A DNA stretch of 28,203 bases from Candidatus Methylomirabilia bacterium (GTDB lineage Bacteria; Methylomirabilota; Methylomirabilia; Rokubacteriales; CSP1-6), in assembly GCA_041496385.1 (NCBI GenBank), contig JBGQEL010000051.1, forward strand, positions 1 to 28,203, in the 5' to 3' direction. The notes under the pieces were generated by a model. It saw only the letters and a program-made list of their open reading frames with translations. It was not told the DNA's origin and did not search any database. Shown in pieces: positions 7,204-16,386 of the stretch (position 1 is its first letter; every line of letters begins with the position of its first letter). Position numbers and translations under genes: made by a program.

Positions 7204-8108
7204 TGCTCGTCAACCCGATCTGCGGCTTCCTCGGTTCCGGCAAGACGACGCTGATGCGCCGGATCATCAGCGAGCGGGGGAGCCGCGAGGCGATGGCGGT
7301 CATCGTGAACGAGTTCGGTGACGTCGGGATCGACGGCGCCATTCTGTCGGGGCAGAACGTCGACATGGTGGAGATCAGCGCCGGCTGTCTCTGCTGCACG
7401 CTGAAGGGGTCGCTGGTCAGCGCGCTCGAGGAGCTGCGCGACAAGAAGGGCGCGACGCGCGTGGTCATCGAGGCGACCGGCGTGGCCCAGCCCGGCGAGA
7501 TGCTCGAGGTGCTCGGTGACCCGGCCCTGAAAGGCTCGGTGGAGGTCGGGCCGATGGTCACGGTCGTGGACACCGCGAAGTTCACGGCGCTCCGACGCGT
7601 CCTCGGCACCTTCTACACGGAGCAGGTCCGGCGGGCGGACGTGCTGCTCCTGAACAAGACGGACCTCGCGAAGCCGGAGCAGCTCGAGGCGGTCCGGCGC
7701 GAGGTCGCGGTGCTGAACCCGCGGGCGACCGTCGTCATGACGGAGCGCTGCGACGTGGAGCTGGCCATGATCCTGGACCGGGGAAAGGCGCCCGAGCCGA
7801 GCGCGCTCGAGCAGGGGCTCGCCTCGCCGGCGCCGGCGGCGTCGTTCGTGTCGTTCGTGGTCCCGGCACCCTTCGACACCGAGCGGGCGAAGGTCGAGCG
7901 GTTCTTCGGCGGCCTGGCGCCCGAGATCGTGCGGGCGAAGGGGTTCCTCACCGTCGGCGGCCAGGTCTGCACGGTGCAATTCGCCGCCGGCCAGCTCGAG
8001 ATCACGCCGGCGTCGAACGCCCGGGCGCTCAGCCTCGTCTTCATCGCGAGTGGCGAGCTCGACCGGGCGCTGGTCCGCCAGGGCCTGGAGGCGGCGAAGC
8101 GCGGATGA
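7200..8108 (+). CDS. CobW/COG0523 family G3E GTPase metallochaperone
   Basis: GFLGSGKTT, VNEFGDVGIDG, GCLCC, IEATG, LNKTD and C-terminal RAKG. The start (7200 or 7203) overlaps the activase stop. Confidence 0.9.
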   Translation: MMLVNPICGFLGSGKTTLMRRIISERGSREAMAVIVNEFGDVGIDGAILSGQNVDMVEISAGCLCCTLKGSLVSALEELRDKKGATRVVIEATGVAQPGEMLEVLGDPALKGSVEVGPMVTVVDTAKFTALRRVLGTFYTEQVRRADVLLLNKTDLAKPEQLEAVRREVAVLNPRATVVMTERCDVELAMILDRGKAPEPSALEQGLASPAPAASFVSFVVPAPFDTERAKVERFFGGLAPEIVRAKGFLTVGGQVCTVQFAAGQLEITPASNARALSLVFIASGELDRALVRQGLEAAKRG

Positions 8109-8749
8109 AGATCAAGGCGCATGCCTCGCTCACCGAGAAGGCGTACCGGACGCTCGTGGACAAGATCGTCACGCTCGAGCTGACGCCGGGCTCCGTGCTG
8201 ACGGAGAGCGACCTGATGCGCGAGATGAGGATCGGCCGCACGCCGATCCGCGAGGCGATCCAGCGCCTGATCGTCGAGGGGCTCGTCACCCATCTCCACC
8301 ACCGCGGCATGCTCGTCGCCGACATCCGGGCCGAGGAGGTCCAGCAGATCAACGAGTTCCGCGCGCAGGTGGAAGGGTACGCGGCGCGGCTCGCGGCCAC
8401 GCGGATGACCCCATCGGAGATCCAGGAGCTGCAGCGCATCCACGCCGGCCTCGATCGATCGATGGCGGACATGGATACCGATACCTTCGTCGCGCAGGAC
8501 CGGCTCTTTCACGAGCTGCTCGCGCGCGGCGCCAAGAACCGATACCTGGAGGCGACACTGCTGCGCCTCTACAACCTGCACCTCCGGCTCTGGTACTACC
8601 TCTACAAGAAGCAGGGGGGATTGCGGGAAACGGTGCACGAGCACCAGGAAGTGATCGAGGCGCTGGTGCGGCGCGATCCCGAGGAATCCGAGCTGGCGAT
8701 GCGGGGCTACGTCATGCGGCTCGCGCGTCAGATCAAAGACATCATCTAG
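8105..8749 (+). CDS. GntR family (FCD-type) transcriptional regulator
   Basis: Winged HTH (LTPGSVLTESDL...IGRTPIREAIQRL..EGLV) and FCD motifs (DRLFHELL...N.YL, EHQEVIEAL..RD). Confidence 0.92.
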   Translation: MKIKAHASLTEKAYRTLVDKIVTLELTPGSVLTESDLMREMRIGRTPIREAIQRLIVEGLVTHLHHRGMLVADIRAEEVQQINEFRAQVEGYAARLAATRMTPSEIQELQRIHAGLDRSMADMDTDTFVAQDRLFHELLARGAKNRYLEATLLRLYNLHLRLWYYLYKKQGGLRETVHEHQEVIEALVRRDPEESELAMRGYVMRLARQIKDII

Positions 8750-8762
8750 ACGGGAGACAGTG

Positions 8763-9983
8763 ATGGGCAAGAAGACGATGACGTCGCGCGAGCGCGTCCG
8801 CCGCGCCGTACTGTTGCAGGAGCCCGACCGGGTTCCGCGCGACATCTGGATCACGCAGGATTCGTACGTCGCGCTGCGGCGGGAGCTCGGCCTGTCCCCG
8901 GTGGTGTCCAAGCCCTGGGACTGGCAGAACACGCCGAACGCGATCCGACCGGGGGCCACCACGTGGTCGACCGACGCCCGGGTGCAGCTCGACGTCGCGG
9001 AGAAGCTCGACCTCGACATCATCCGGCGCTCCGGCTACCCGACGAATGGCGGCCGCGGGTTCGTCTATCGGGCCGAGGACGAGCTCTACACCGACGAGTG
9101 GGGCGTGCCGCATCATCGCGCCGAGTTCGAGACCGGCTACGGCGGCGCACACTTCGAGATCCGGATCTACCCGCTCGCGGAAGCGACCGTCAAGGATCTC
9201 GACGACTACCCGTGGCCGGACCCACACGATCCGTCGTTCCTCGGCGACCTGCCGGAGGACATTCCGCGGATCTACAAGGACACCCCGTACGCGATCCTCG
9301 GACAGTTCGGCCGCGGCGGCATCTACGAGCAGGCGAAGTACCTGCGCGGCTTCGAGCAGATCTTCATCGACATGGCGATCGATCAGGAGTTCGTGCACGC
9401 GCTCTTCGAGAAGCTGCTCGCGGTCGAGCTCGAGATGAACCGCGTCGGGATCCACGCCGTCGGCAAGTACCTGTCGATTCTCCGCCTCTCCCCCGAGGAT
9501 CTGGGCACGCAGACGAGCACCCTCGTCTCGCCGCAGATCCACGAGGAGGTGGTGCGGCCCTACTACAAGCGGCGGTTCCATGAAGTACGGAAGATGCTGG
9601 ACGAGGTGGGCAACCGCGACTGCAAGATCATGTATCACTCGTGCGGCGCCGCCTACCCGATGATGCCGGGCCTCGTCGAGGACGGCATGGAGATCTTCGA
9701 CCCGCTGCAGCCCGTGGAGGTCATCTCCGAGCCCTGGCGGCTCAAGAAGGACTTCGGCAGCCGGATCGCGTTCCTCGGCGGCATCAACGTGCAGTCGACG
9801 CTGCCGCGTGGCACGCCCGAAGACGTGCGTCAGGAAGTCCGCCAGCGCATCAAGGAGATGGCGCCCGGGGGCGGCTACATCCTGTCCCCGGCGCATCGGA
9901 TGCTGCCCGACATCTCGTTCCGGAACATCAAGGCCATGTACGACGCGGGCGAGGAATTCGGCTATTACCCCATCAACCTGTGA
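8763..9983 (+). CDS. UroD/MtaA-CmuA-like family methyltransferase (copy 2)
   Basis: MTSRERVRRA...EPDRVP, DEWGV, YPWPDP, LRGFEQ, EDLGTQ, YHSCG, GGINVQ.TLP.GTPE, GGGYILSPAH. RBS GGGAG. An alternative GTG start is at 8760. Confidence 0.87.
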   Translation: MGKKTMTSRERVRRAVLLQEPDRVPRDIWITQDSYVALRRELGLSPVVSKPWDWQNTPNAIRPGATTWSTDARVQLDVAEKLDLDIIRRSGYPTNGGRGFVYRAEDELYTDEWGVPHHRAEFETGYGGAHFEIRIYPLAEATVKDLDDYPWPDPHDPSFLGDLPEDIPRIYKDTPYAILGQFGRGGIYEQAKYLRGFEQIFIDMAIDQEFVHALFEKLLAVELEMNRVGIHAVGKYLSILRLSPEDLGTQTSTLVSPQIHEEVVRPYYKRRFHEVRKMLDEVGNRDCKIMYHSCGAAYPMMPGLVEDGMEIFDPLQPVEVISEPWRLKKDFGSRIAFLGGINVQSTLPRGTPEDVRQEVRQRIKEMAPGGGYILSPAHRMLPDISFRNIKAMYDAGEEFGYYPINL

Positions 9984-9994
9984 GCGACGACACC

Positions 9995-10660
<666 letters not shown>

Positions 10661-10684
10661 TCCATCCCCAAGGAGACCCGCCGG

Positions 10685-12358
10685 ATGAAGAGCGACATCG
10701 AGATCGCCCACGAGGCGAAGCTTCAACCCGTGCAGGCGATCGCCGAAGGGCTCGGCCTCGCGAACGGGGACCTCGAGCTCTACGGCAGCTACAAGGCCAA
10801 GGTCCGCATGGAGACCATCGAGCGCCTGCAGCCCGGACCCGACGGCGCGCTGGTGCTGGTCACCGCCATGACGCCGACGCCCGCCGGCGAAGGCAAGTCG
10901 ACGACCACGGTGGGGCTCGGCGACGCGTTCCGCCACCTCGGCAAGCGCTCGATCGTGGCGATTCGCGAGCCGTCGCTCGGTCCGTGTTTCGGCATCAAGG
11001 GGGGCGCGGCCGGGGGCGGCTACGCGCAGGTGATGCCGATGGAGGACATCAACCTCCACTTCACGGGTGACTTCCACGCCGTCACGTCGGCGCACAATCT
11101 CCTGTCCGCCATGCTCGACAATCACCTCTTCCAGGGCAACGGCCTCGGCCTCGACGCGCGCCGGGTGGTGTGGAAGCGCGTGCTGGACATGAACGATCGC
11201 GCGCTCCGCAGCGTCGTCGTCGGCCTCGGCGGGCCGGTCAACGGCATCCCGCGCGAGTCCGGCTTCGAGATCACGGTCGCCTCCGAGATCATGGCGATCC
11301 TGTGCCTCTCGCGGGACCTCAAGGATCTCAAGGCCCGCATCGGCCGCATCGTCGTCGGGGAGCGCGCGGACGGCTCCTTCGTCACGGCGGCGGAGCTCGG
11401 GGCCGCGGGAGCCCTGACGGTGCTGCTGAAGGACGCGATCAAGCCCAACCTCGTGCAGACCCTGGAGGGGACCCCGGCGTTCGTCCACGGCGGCCCCTTC
11501 GCGAACATCGCCCACGGCTGCAACAGCCTCATGGCGACCCGCCTGGCGCTGAAGCTCGGCGAGATCGTCGTGACCGAGGCCGGGTTCGCCAGCGATCTGG
11601 GCGCCGAAAAGTTCTTCGACATCAAGTGCCGTGCGGGCGGGCTGACGCCGTCGGCGGCGGTGATCGTCGCCACCGTGCGGGCGTTGAAGATGCACGGCGG
11701 CGTGAAGCGGGACGACCTCGGCGCCGAGAATGCCGCCGCGGTCCGCGCGGGGCTGGAGAACCTCGAGAAGCACGTCGAGAACATCCGGCGGTTCGGCGTC
11801 CCCGCCGTCGTCGCGCTGAACCACTTCACCGCGGATACCAGGGCCGAGGTCGACGTCGTGCTGGCCGCGTGCGACAGGATGCAGGTGCCGGCGCGGATCT
11901 CGCGCGTCTGGGAGCGGGGCGGCGCGGGTGGCACGGAGGTGGCGCAGGCGGTGCTCGATGCCATGAACGACGGCCGGCGCTCGACGTTCCGGCCCTTGTA
12001 TCCGGAGAGCCTGCCGCTGGCCGGGAAGATCGAGACGATCGCCACGACGCTGTACGGCGCCGACGGGGTCACCTTCGTGCCGGCGGCGGCGACCAAGCTG
12101 GCGCGGTACGAGTCGCTCGGATACGCGAGCCTGCCGGTGTGCATGGCGAAGACCCAGAACTCGCTGTCCGACGACCCCAGGAAGCTTGGGCGCCCGCGCA
12201 ACTTCACGGTCACGGTGCGCGACGCCAAGCTCTGCGCCGGCGCGGGGTTCGTGGTGGCGTACGCGGGGGACATCATGACGATGCCGGGGTTACCGAAGAA
12301 GCCGGCCGCCGAGAGCATCGACCTGGACGACGCCGGCAACGTCGTCGGCCTTTTCTGA
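10685..12358 (+). CDS. fhs: Formate--tetrahydrofolate ligase
   Basis: [62 protein letters not shown]-terminal IMTMPGLP. 557 aa. RBS AAGGAG. Confidence 0.98.
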   Translation: MKSDIEIAHEAKLQPVQAIAEGLGLANGDLELYGSYKAKVRMETIERLQPGPDGALVLVTAMTPTPAGEGKSTTTVGLGDAFRHLGKRSIVAIREPSLGPCFGIKGGAAGGGYAQVMPMEDINLHFTGDFHAVTSAHNLLSAMLDNHLFQGNGLGLDARRVVWKRVLDMNDRALRSVVVGLGGPVNGIPRESGFEITVASEIMAILCLSRDLKDLKARIGRIVVGERADGSFVTAAELGAAGALTVLLKDAIKPNLVQTLEGTPAFVHGGPFANIAHGCNSLMATRLALKLGEIVVTEAGFASDLGAEKFFDIKCRAGGLTPSAAVIVATVRALKMHGGVKRDDLGAENAAAVRAGLENLEKHVENIRRFGVPAVVALNHFTADTRAEVDVVLAACDRMQVPARISRVWERGGAGGTEVAQAVLDAMNDGRRSTFRPLYPESLPLAGKIETIATTLYGADGVTFVPAAATKLARYESLGYASLPVCMAKTQNSLSDDPRKLGRPRNFTVTVRDAKLCAGAGFVVAYAGDIMTMPGLPKKPAAESIDLDDAGNVVGLF

Positions 12359-12368
12359 GGGCGCGCCA

Positions 12369-12653
12369 GTGGCCACGTACCAGATCCTCTACTGGAAGGA
12401 CATTCCGTCGGTCGTGGAGGCCCACGCGGGCGGCGAGAGCGCGAAGATTCAGCTGAGCGACCGCTTCCAGATGCTCATCGACGCCGTCGCCATGCGTCTC
12501 GGCCTGGCCGGGACCGACGAGTACCTCGAGCAGTGGGAGCACGGTGACGAGGTGGACCGGCCGGGCACGGCGCGCGAGGTCGCCGACGCGGTGGCCAAGG
12601 AGCTGGAGGGCCGCTTTGCCGAGTTCCGCGACCGTGGGCTCGGTCAGGCGTAG
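12369..12653 (+). CDS. Small 'virulence factor' (PF13769-like) domain protein
   Basis: Pattern YQILYWKDIP.VV...LSDRFQ.LIDAVAM..G..GTDEYLEQW. 94 aa, GTG start after GAGG. Confidence 0.75.
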   Translation: MATYQILYWKDIPSVVEAHAGGESAKIQLSDRFQMLIDAVAMRLGLAGTDEYLEQWEHGDEVDRPGTAREVADAVAKELEGRFAEFRDRGLGQA

Positions 12654-13559
12654 ATGGCCGGCCCGCTGATCGAGTGCGTGCCCAACGTGAGTGAGGGTCG
12701 GGATCAGCGGGTCATCCGGCTGCTCGCCGAGGCGGTGCGGCAGGGGGGGGCGGATCTCATCGACGTTCACAGCGACGTCGACCATCATCGCTCGGTCTTC
12801 ACCATCATCGGCACGCCGGAGCTCGTCGAGGCCTCCGCGCTCGCCCTCGCGCGGCTCAGCGTCCAGCTCGTCGACCTGACGAAGCACCGCGGTGTCCATC
12901 CTCGGGTCGGCGCCATCGACGTCATCCCCTTCGTGCCGTTGCAGCGGGCGACCATGCGGGACGCGATCGCGGCGGCGCACCGTCTGGGGCTCGTCTTCGC
13001 CGGCGCGTGCGATGTGCCCGTGTTCTTCTACGGCGAAGCGGCGGCCCGCCGCGACCGGCGCGAGCTTCCGGCGGTGCGCAAGGGCGGGTTCGAGCAGCTT
13101 GCGGAGCGGCTGTGCGCTCCCGCGTGGCGGCCCGACGCGGGCCCGTCGGCGCCACACCCGACCGCCGGGGCCACGCTCGTGGGCGCGCGCCGCCCGCTCG
13201 TGGCGTTCAACGCCGTCCTCGACTCCGAGGACCTCGCGGTGGCCAACGCCGTCGCGCGCGCCATCCGGGAATCGTCCGGCGGACTGCCCGCGGTGCGGGC
13301 CATGGGACTGTTGCTTGCGAGCCGTGGGCTCGCCCAGGTATCGATGAACCTGCTCGACTATCGCCTGACGACCCCGCTCGCCGTGGCACGACGGATCGAG
13401 GCGGAAGCGCGGACGCTGGGCGTCCGGGTGCGCGAGTACGAGCTGGTGGGGTGCGCGTCGGCCGAGGCGTTCGAGGCGTGGCCCGACACGCTCGCCCCCG
13501 TCGCCGGGCTCAAGCCGACGCAGCTGCTCGACCCGTGGGTCTTCGCCTGGGCATCATGA
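12654..13559 (+). CDS. ftcD: Glutamate formimidoyltransferase (FT domain only)
   Basis: LIECVPNVSEGRD, SD.DHHRSVFT, H.GVHPRVGAIDVIPFVPL, PDAGP...HPTAGAT.VGAR..LVAFN, AQVSMNL. Confidence 0.93.
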   Translation: MAGPLIECVPNVSEGRDQRVIRLLAEAVRQGGADLIDVHSDVDHHRSVFTIIGTPELVEASALALARLSVQLVDLTKHRGVHPRVGAIDVIPFVPLQRATMRDAIAAAHRLGLVFAGACDVPVFFYGEAAARRDRRELPAVRKGGFEQLAERLCAPAWRPDAGPSAPHPTAGATLVGARRPLVAFNAVLDSEDLAVANAVARAIRESSGGLPAVRAMGLLLASRGLAQVSMNLLDYRLTTPLAVARRIEAEARTLGVRVREYELVGCASAEAFEAWPDTLAPVAGLKPTQLLDPWVFAWAS

Positions 13560-13945
13560 GAACGGAGCCGGGTCAGTGGCTCTGCATCGATGGCCTCGAG
13601 GCGTCGTGCACGATCGGCGTCACCGAGCGCGAGCGGTCGAGCCCGCAACGCCTCCTCGTCAACGTGCGCCTGGCCGTCGACTTCTCGGCGGTCAGCGCGT
13701 CGGACGCGATCGGCGACACGGTGGACTACCGCCTGGTGTCCCGTCGGGTCGTCGCCGAGATCGAGAAATCGAGCGTTCAGCTCGTCGAGACGCTGGCGGC
13801 GCACCTCGCGCGAACGATCTTCGCGGAGTTCCCGAAGATCCAGGGGGTCGCGATCGAGGTCTGGAAGGTCGGCGCGCTCTCCGGGGCGAAGCGGGTCGGC
13901 GCGGCGATCGTCACAACTCGCGCCACCCGGGGAGACGAGCCCTGA
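13556..13945 (+). CDS. folB: Dihydroneopterin aldolase
   Basis: IGVTERER..PQ, D.IGDTVDY, QLVETLA, VWK. ATGA overlap with ftcD. 129 aa. Confidence 0.88.
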   Translation: MRTEPGQWLCIDGLEASCTIGVTERERSSPQRLLVNVRLAVDFSAVSASDAIGDTVDYRLVSRRVVAEIEKSSVQLVETLAAHLARTIFAEFPKIQGVAIEVWKVGALSGAKRVGAAIVTTRATRGDEP

Positions 13946-13952
13946 GCTCGTG

Positions 13953-15059
13953 ATGCAGGCGACGTGGCAGCGGGGTGCCGAGCTGCTGCGCGCGCGCATC
14001 GTGACGACCGCCCACGCCGTCGGCGATGCGTTCCCACGACATGCGGATCCCCCGACGGGTCAATGGACGACGTCGACCGACGGCGACTGGAGCGGCGGGT
14101 ACTGGATCGGCCTGTGCTGGCTGGCCGCCTCGCCGCGCGGGGACGATCCGTACCTCGGCTGGGCCCGCCGGTGGGGCGGGCGGTTGCGCCGGCGCGTGAC
14201 CTCACCCACGGTCTTCCGTGGCGGGCTCTTCTACTACGGCGCCGCGCTCGGCGCGCTGCTCCACCTGGACGCGAATGCGCGGGCCGACGCCATCGCCGCG
14301 GCGGAGGCGCTGGCCGCGACGTTCGACACGCGCGCCGCGGTCGTCCCGCTGACCCCGGCTGACGCGGCGCTCGACGTCGGCTCCGTCGAGACACGCATCG
14401 ACACCCTGCCGGGCATCGCGCTCCTGCCGTGGGCCGCCCGCGAGGCGGCGAGGCCGGAGTGGCGCGACATCGCCGTCATGCATGCCCGTCGCCACGTCGA
14501 GCTGTGCGTCCGTGCCGAAGGCTCGGTGTCGCAGGCGGCGTCGCTGGACGCGGCCACGGGGACGGCGACCCGGCGGTATTGTCGGGACGGCGTGCACGCC
14601 GGGAGCACCTGGGCGCGCGCACAGGCCTGGGCGATCCTGGGATACACGCTCATGTACCAGTGGACGGGCGAGCCCGAATTCCTCGACGTCGCGGAGCGCA
14701 CGGCCGACTGGTGGCTGCTCCACGGCTCGCACGACCACGTGGCCTTCTGGGATTTCGACGATCCGGCGTCGTTCAATGCGACGCGCGACACCGCGGCGAC
14801 CGCCATCGTGGCGGCGGCGCTGCTGAAGCTGGCCGCGCTCACCGCGGACGACGCCCGGCGCTTGAGATACCGGAGGGAGGCTGAGGCGAGCGCGACCGCG
14901 CTGGTCGAGCGCTATCTCGATCAGCGCGGCGTCCTCTCGCATGGATGTGACGACAGGCGAGGGCGGGTGGCGACCAAGAACGAGCTCATCTGGGGGTCCT
15001 ACCATCTCCTCGAGGCGCTCGAGGTGCTCTGCGGCCGGCTCGCGCCGACCGCGATCTGA
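13953..15059 (+). CDS. Glycoside hydrolase family 88-like (unsaturated glucuronyl hydrolase-like) protein, divergent
   Basis: DWSGGYWIGLCW, RIDT, STWARAQAWAILGY, WDFDD, RDTAATAI and LIWGSYHLLEAL parallel the GH88 motifs. Confidence 0.72.
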   Translation: MQATWQRGAELLRARIVTTAHAVGDAFPRHADPPTGQWTTSTDGDWSGGYWIGLCWLAASPRGDDPYLGWARRWGGRLRRRVTSPTVFRGGLFYYGAALGALLHLDANARADAIAAAEALAATFDTRAAVVPLTPADAALDVGSVETRIDTLPGIALLPWAAREAARPEWRDIAVMHARRHVELCVRAEGSVSQAASLDAATGTATRRYCRDGVHAGSTWARAQAWAILGYTLMYQWTGEPEFLDVAERTADWWLLHGSHDHVAFWDFDDPASFNATRDTAATAIVAAALLKLAALTADDARRLRYRREAEASATALVERYLDQRGVLSHGCDDRRGRVATKNELIWGSYHLLEALEVLCGRLAPTAI

Positions 15060-15062
15060 GGA

Positions 15063-16301
15063 TCAGGGTCGAGCCGTCGACGGGGGCGTGGCGGGCTTGA
15101 GCGTGCAGGCACACGACGTGGCGATCAGGCCGGCGACCCCAAGACAGGCGAACGCCCAGCCCCAGTTCGTCGGCGTGCCGCCGCCCCGGTTCGTGGCGTC
15201 GAGCACGACGCCGAAGGCGAGCGGGGCGAACGCGCCCGCGCCGAAGCCGACGAGGGATCGCAGCGCGAGCGCCGAGCCGAGGTACGCGGGCTTCACCGCT
15301 TCCGTGAGCGCGGCCGAGAGCACCGGCGAATCGCCGACCGCGGCGAAGCCGTAGATCGCCCCGACGCTGACCACGACCGCCGTCGGCCAGGCGAGCAGCC
15401 AGCCGAACGTGAAGGAGCAGGCCGTGCTGATCGCCGCCAGGCCGACGAGCAGCGCCCGGCGTCCCAGCCGGTCGGACAGGCGGCCCATCGAGGACGAGGC
15501 GAGGAGCCCCGTGACGTGGAACGACGCCGAGAGGTTGGCGCCGAGCGCCACCGCACCTGCGCCGCGGGCGCCAGAGACGGCAAGGCTGGCCGTGACGAAC
15601 GCCGGAGCCCAGGACCACATCCCGATGGCCTCGAAGCTATGGAACATGTAGCCGACGATCAGCCGCATCGCCTGCGGGTTCCTCAGCACCTCGGTGCCGA
15701 AGCGCAGGTCCTGGCTGCGCGGGTGGACGACGTTGGGTGTCGTCCGCAGCGCGAGCCACGCGATGACGACGGCGATCACGGGGCCGGCACCGGTCGCGAG
15801 AAAGGCGAGGGGATAGCCACCGAGGGGCAGCATGAGACCCGAGACGAGCAGCGAGAACGCGTAGCCCAGCGACGCACTGGCGATCAGCCACCCCACGGCC
15901 CCGCCGCGGCGCTCGGCGTGATAGCGGTCGGCGAGCAGCATGATCGCCGTGGTGTAGGTGCCCCCCATCGACAGCGCCACAAGCGTGTAGAGCAGGAGCC
16001 CGGACAGGTAGGAGCGCGCGAACAGCGCGAAGATCAGGGACGTCGCCGCGCCGAGGACGGCGGAGAGCAGGAACACCCGGCGTGCGCCGACCCGATCGGC
16101 CAGCGACGAGAAGCCCATCAGCGAGACCGCGTAGCCGACTTGAAAGGCCGTCGAGATCGAGCCGGCCGCGGTCGCCGACATGTCCCACTCCACCCGGAGC
16201 ACCGGCAGACAGGCCGCGTAGGTCATGAAGGTGAACGTCATGAAGGTCCGGGCCGTGCAGAGGGACAGCAACCACCCATCGACGCCGCGACGGTCGAGCA
16301 T
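15063..16301 (-). CDS. MFS transporter
   Basis: 412 aa hydrophobic protein with two MFS motif-A copies (SLADRVGARRV; GRLSDRLGRR). Confidence 0.9.
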   Translation of the reverse strand: MLDRRGVDGWLLSLCTARTFMTFTFMTYAACLPVLRVEWDMSATAAGSISTAFQVGYAVSLMGFSSLADRVGARRVFLLSAVLGAATSLIFALFARSYLSGLLLYTLVALSMGGTYTTAIMLLADRYHAERRGGAVGWLIASASLGYAFSLLVSGLMLPLGGYPLAFLATGAGPVIAVVIAWLALRTTPNVVHPRSQDLRFGTEVLRNPQAMRLIVGYMFHSFEAIGMWSWAPAFVTASLAVSGARGAGAVALGANLSASFHVTGLLASSSMGRLSDRLGRRALLVGLAAISTACSFTFGWLLAWPTAVVVSVGAIYGFAAVGDSPVLSAALTEAVKPAYLGSALALRSLVGFGAGAFAPLAFGVVLDATNRGGGTPTNWGWAFACLGVAGLIATSCACTLKPATPPSTARP

Positions 16302-16311
16302 CGCCGGGGAG

Positions 16312-16347
16312 ATTGTAATTGACGCACCCCGGCGACGGGACTAGTGT
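16312..16347. promoter_or_regulatory. Back-to-back candidate promoters for acs (+) and the MFS gene (-)
   Basis: On +: TTGACG (16319-16324), 17 nt spacer, TAGTGT (16342-16347). On -: TACAAT (16317-16312), 10 nt before the MFS ATG. Confidence 0.55.
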
Positions 16348-16386
16348 TTTCCCTCGATGCCAATTCGGTCAACGCGAGGTCGCACC

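Noticed and set aside
7842..7859. 9-bp tandem duplication TCGTTCGTG x2 in the CobW gene
   Set aside because: Only two copies, in frame (SFVSFV); not a repeat array.
4259..8108. ORF-track starts at 4259, 5062 and 5433 (and 781, 9641, 13007, 13590, 19230, 26469, 27350, 27832) implying long N-terminal extensions or fusions
   Set aside because: The extensions overlap real upstream genes or promoters and are mostly low-complexity. Downstream starts with an RBS or stop-start coupling fit the family boundaries.
12743..12750. G8 homopolymer in ftcD (phase variation?)
   Set aside because: Short, the frame is intact (Gln-Gly-Gly-Ala), and it is unremarkable in GC-rich DNA without read-level evidence.
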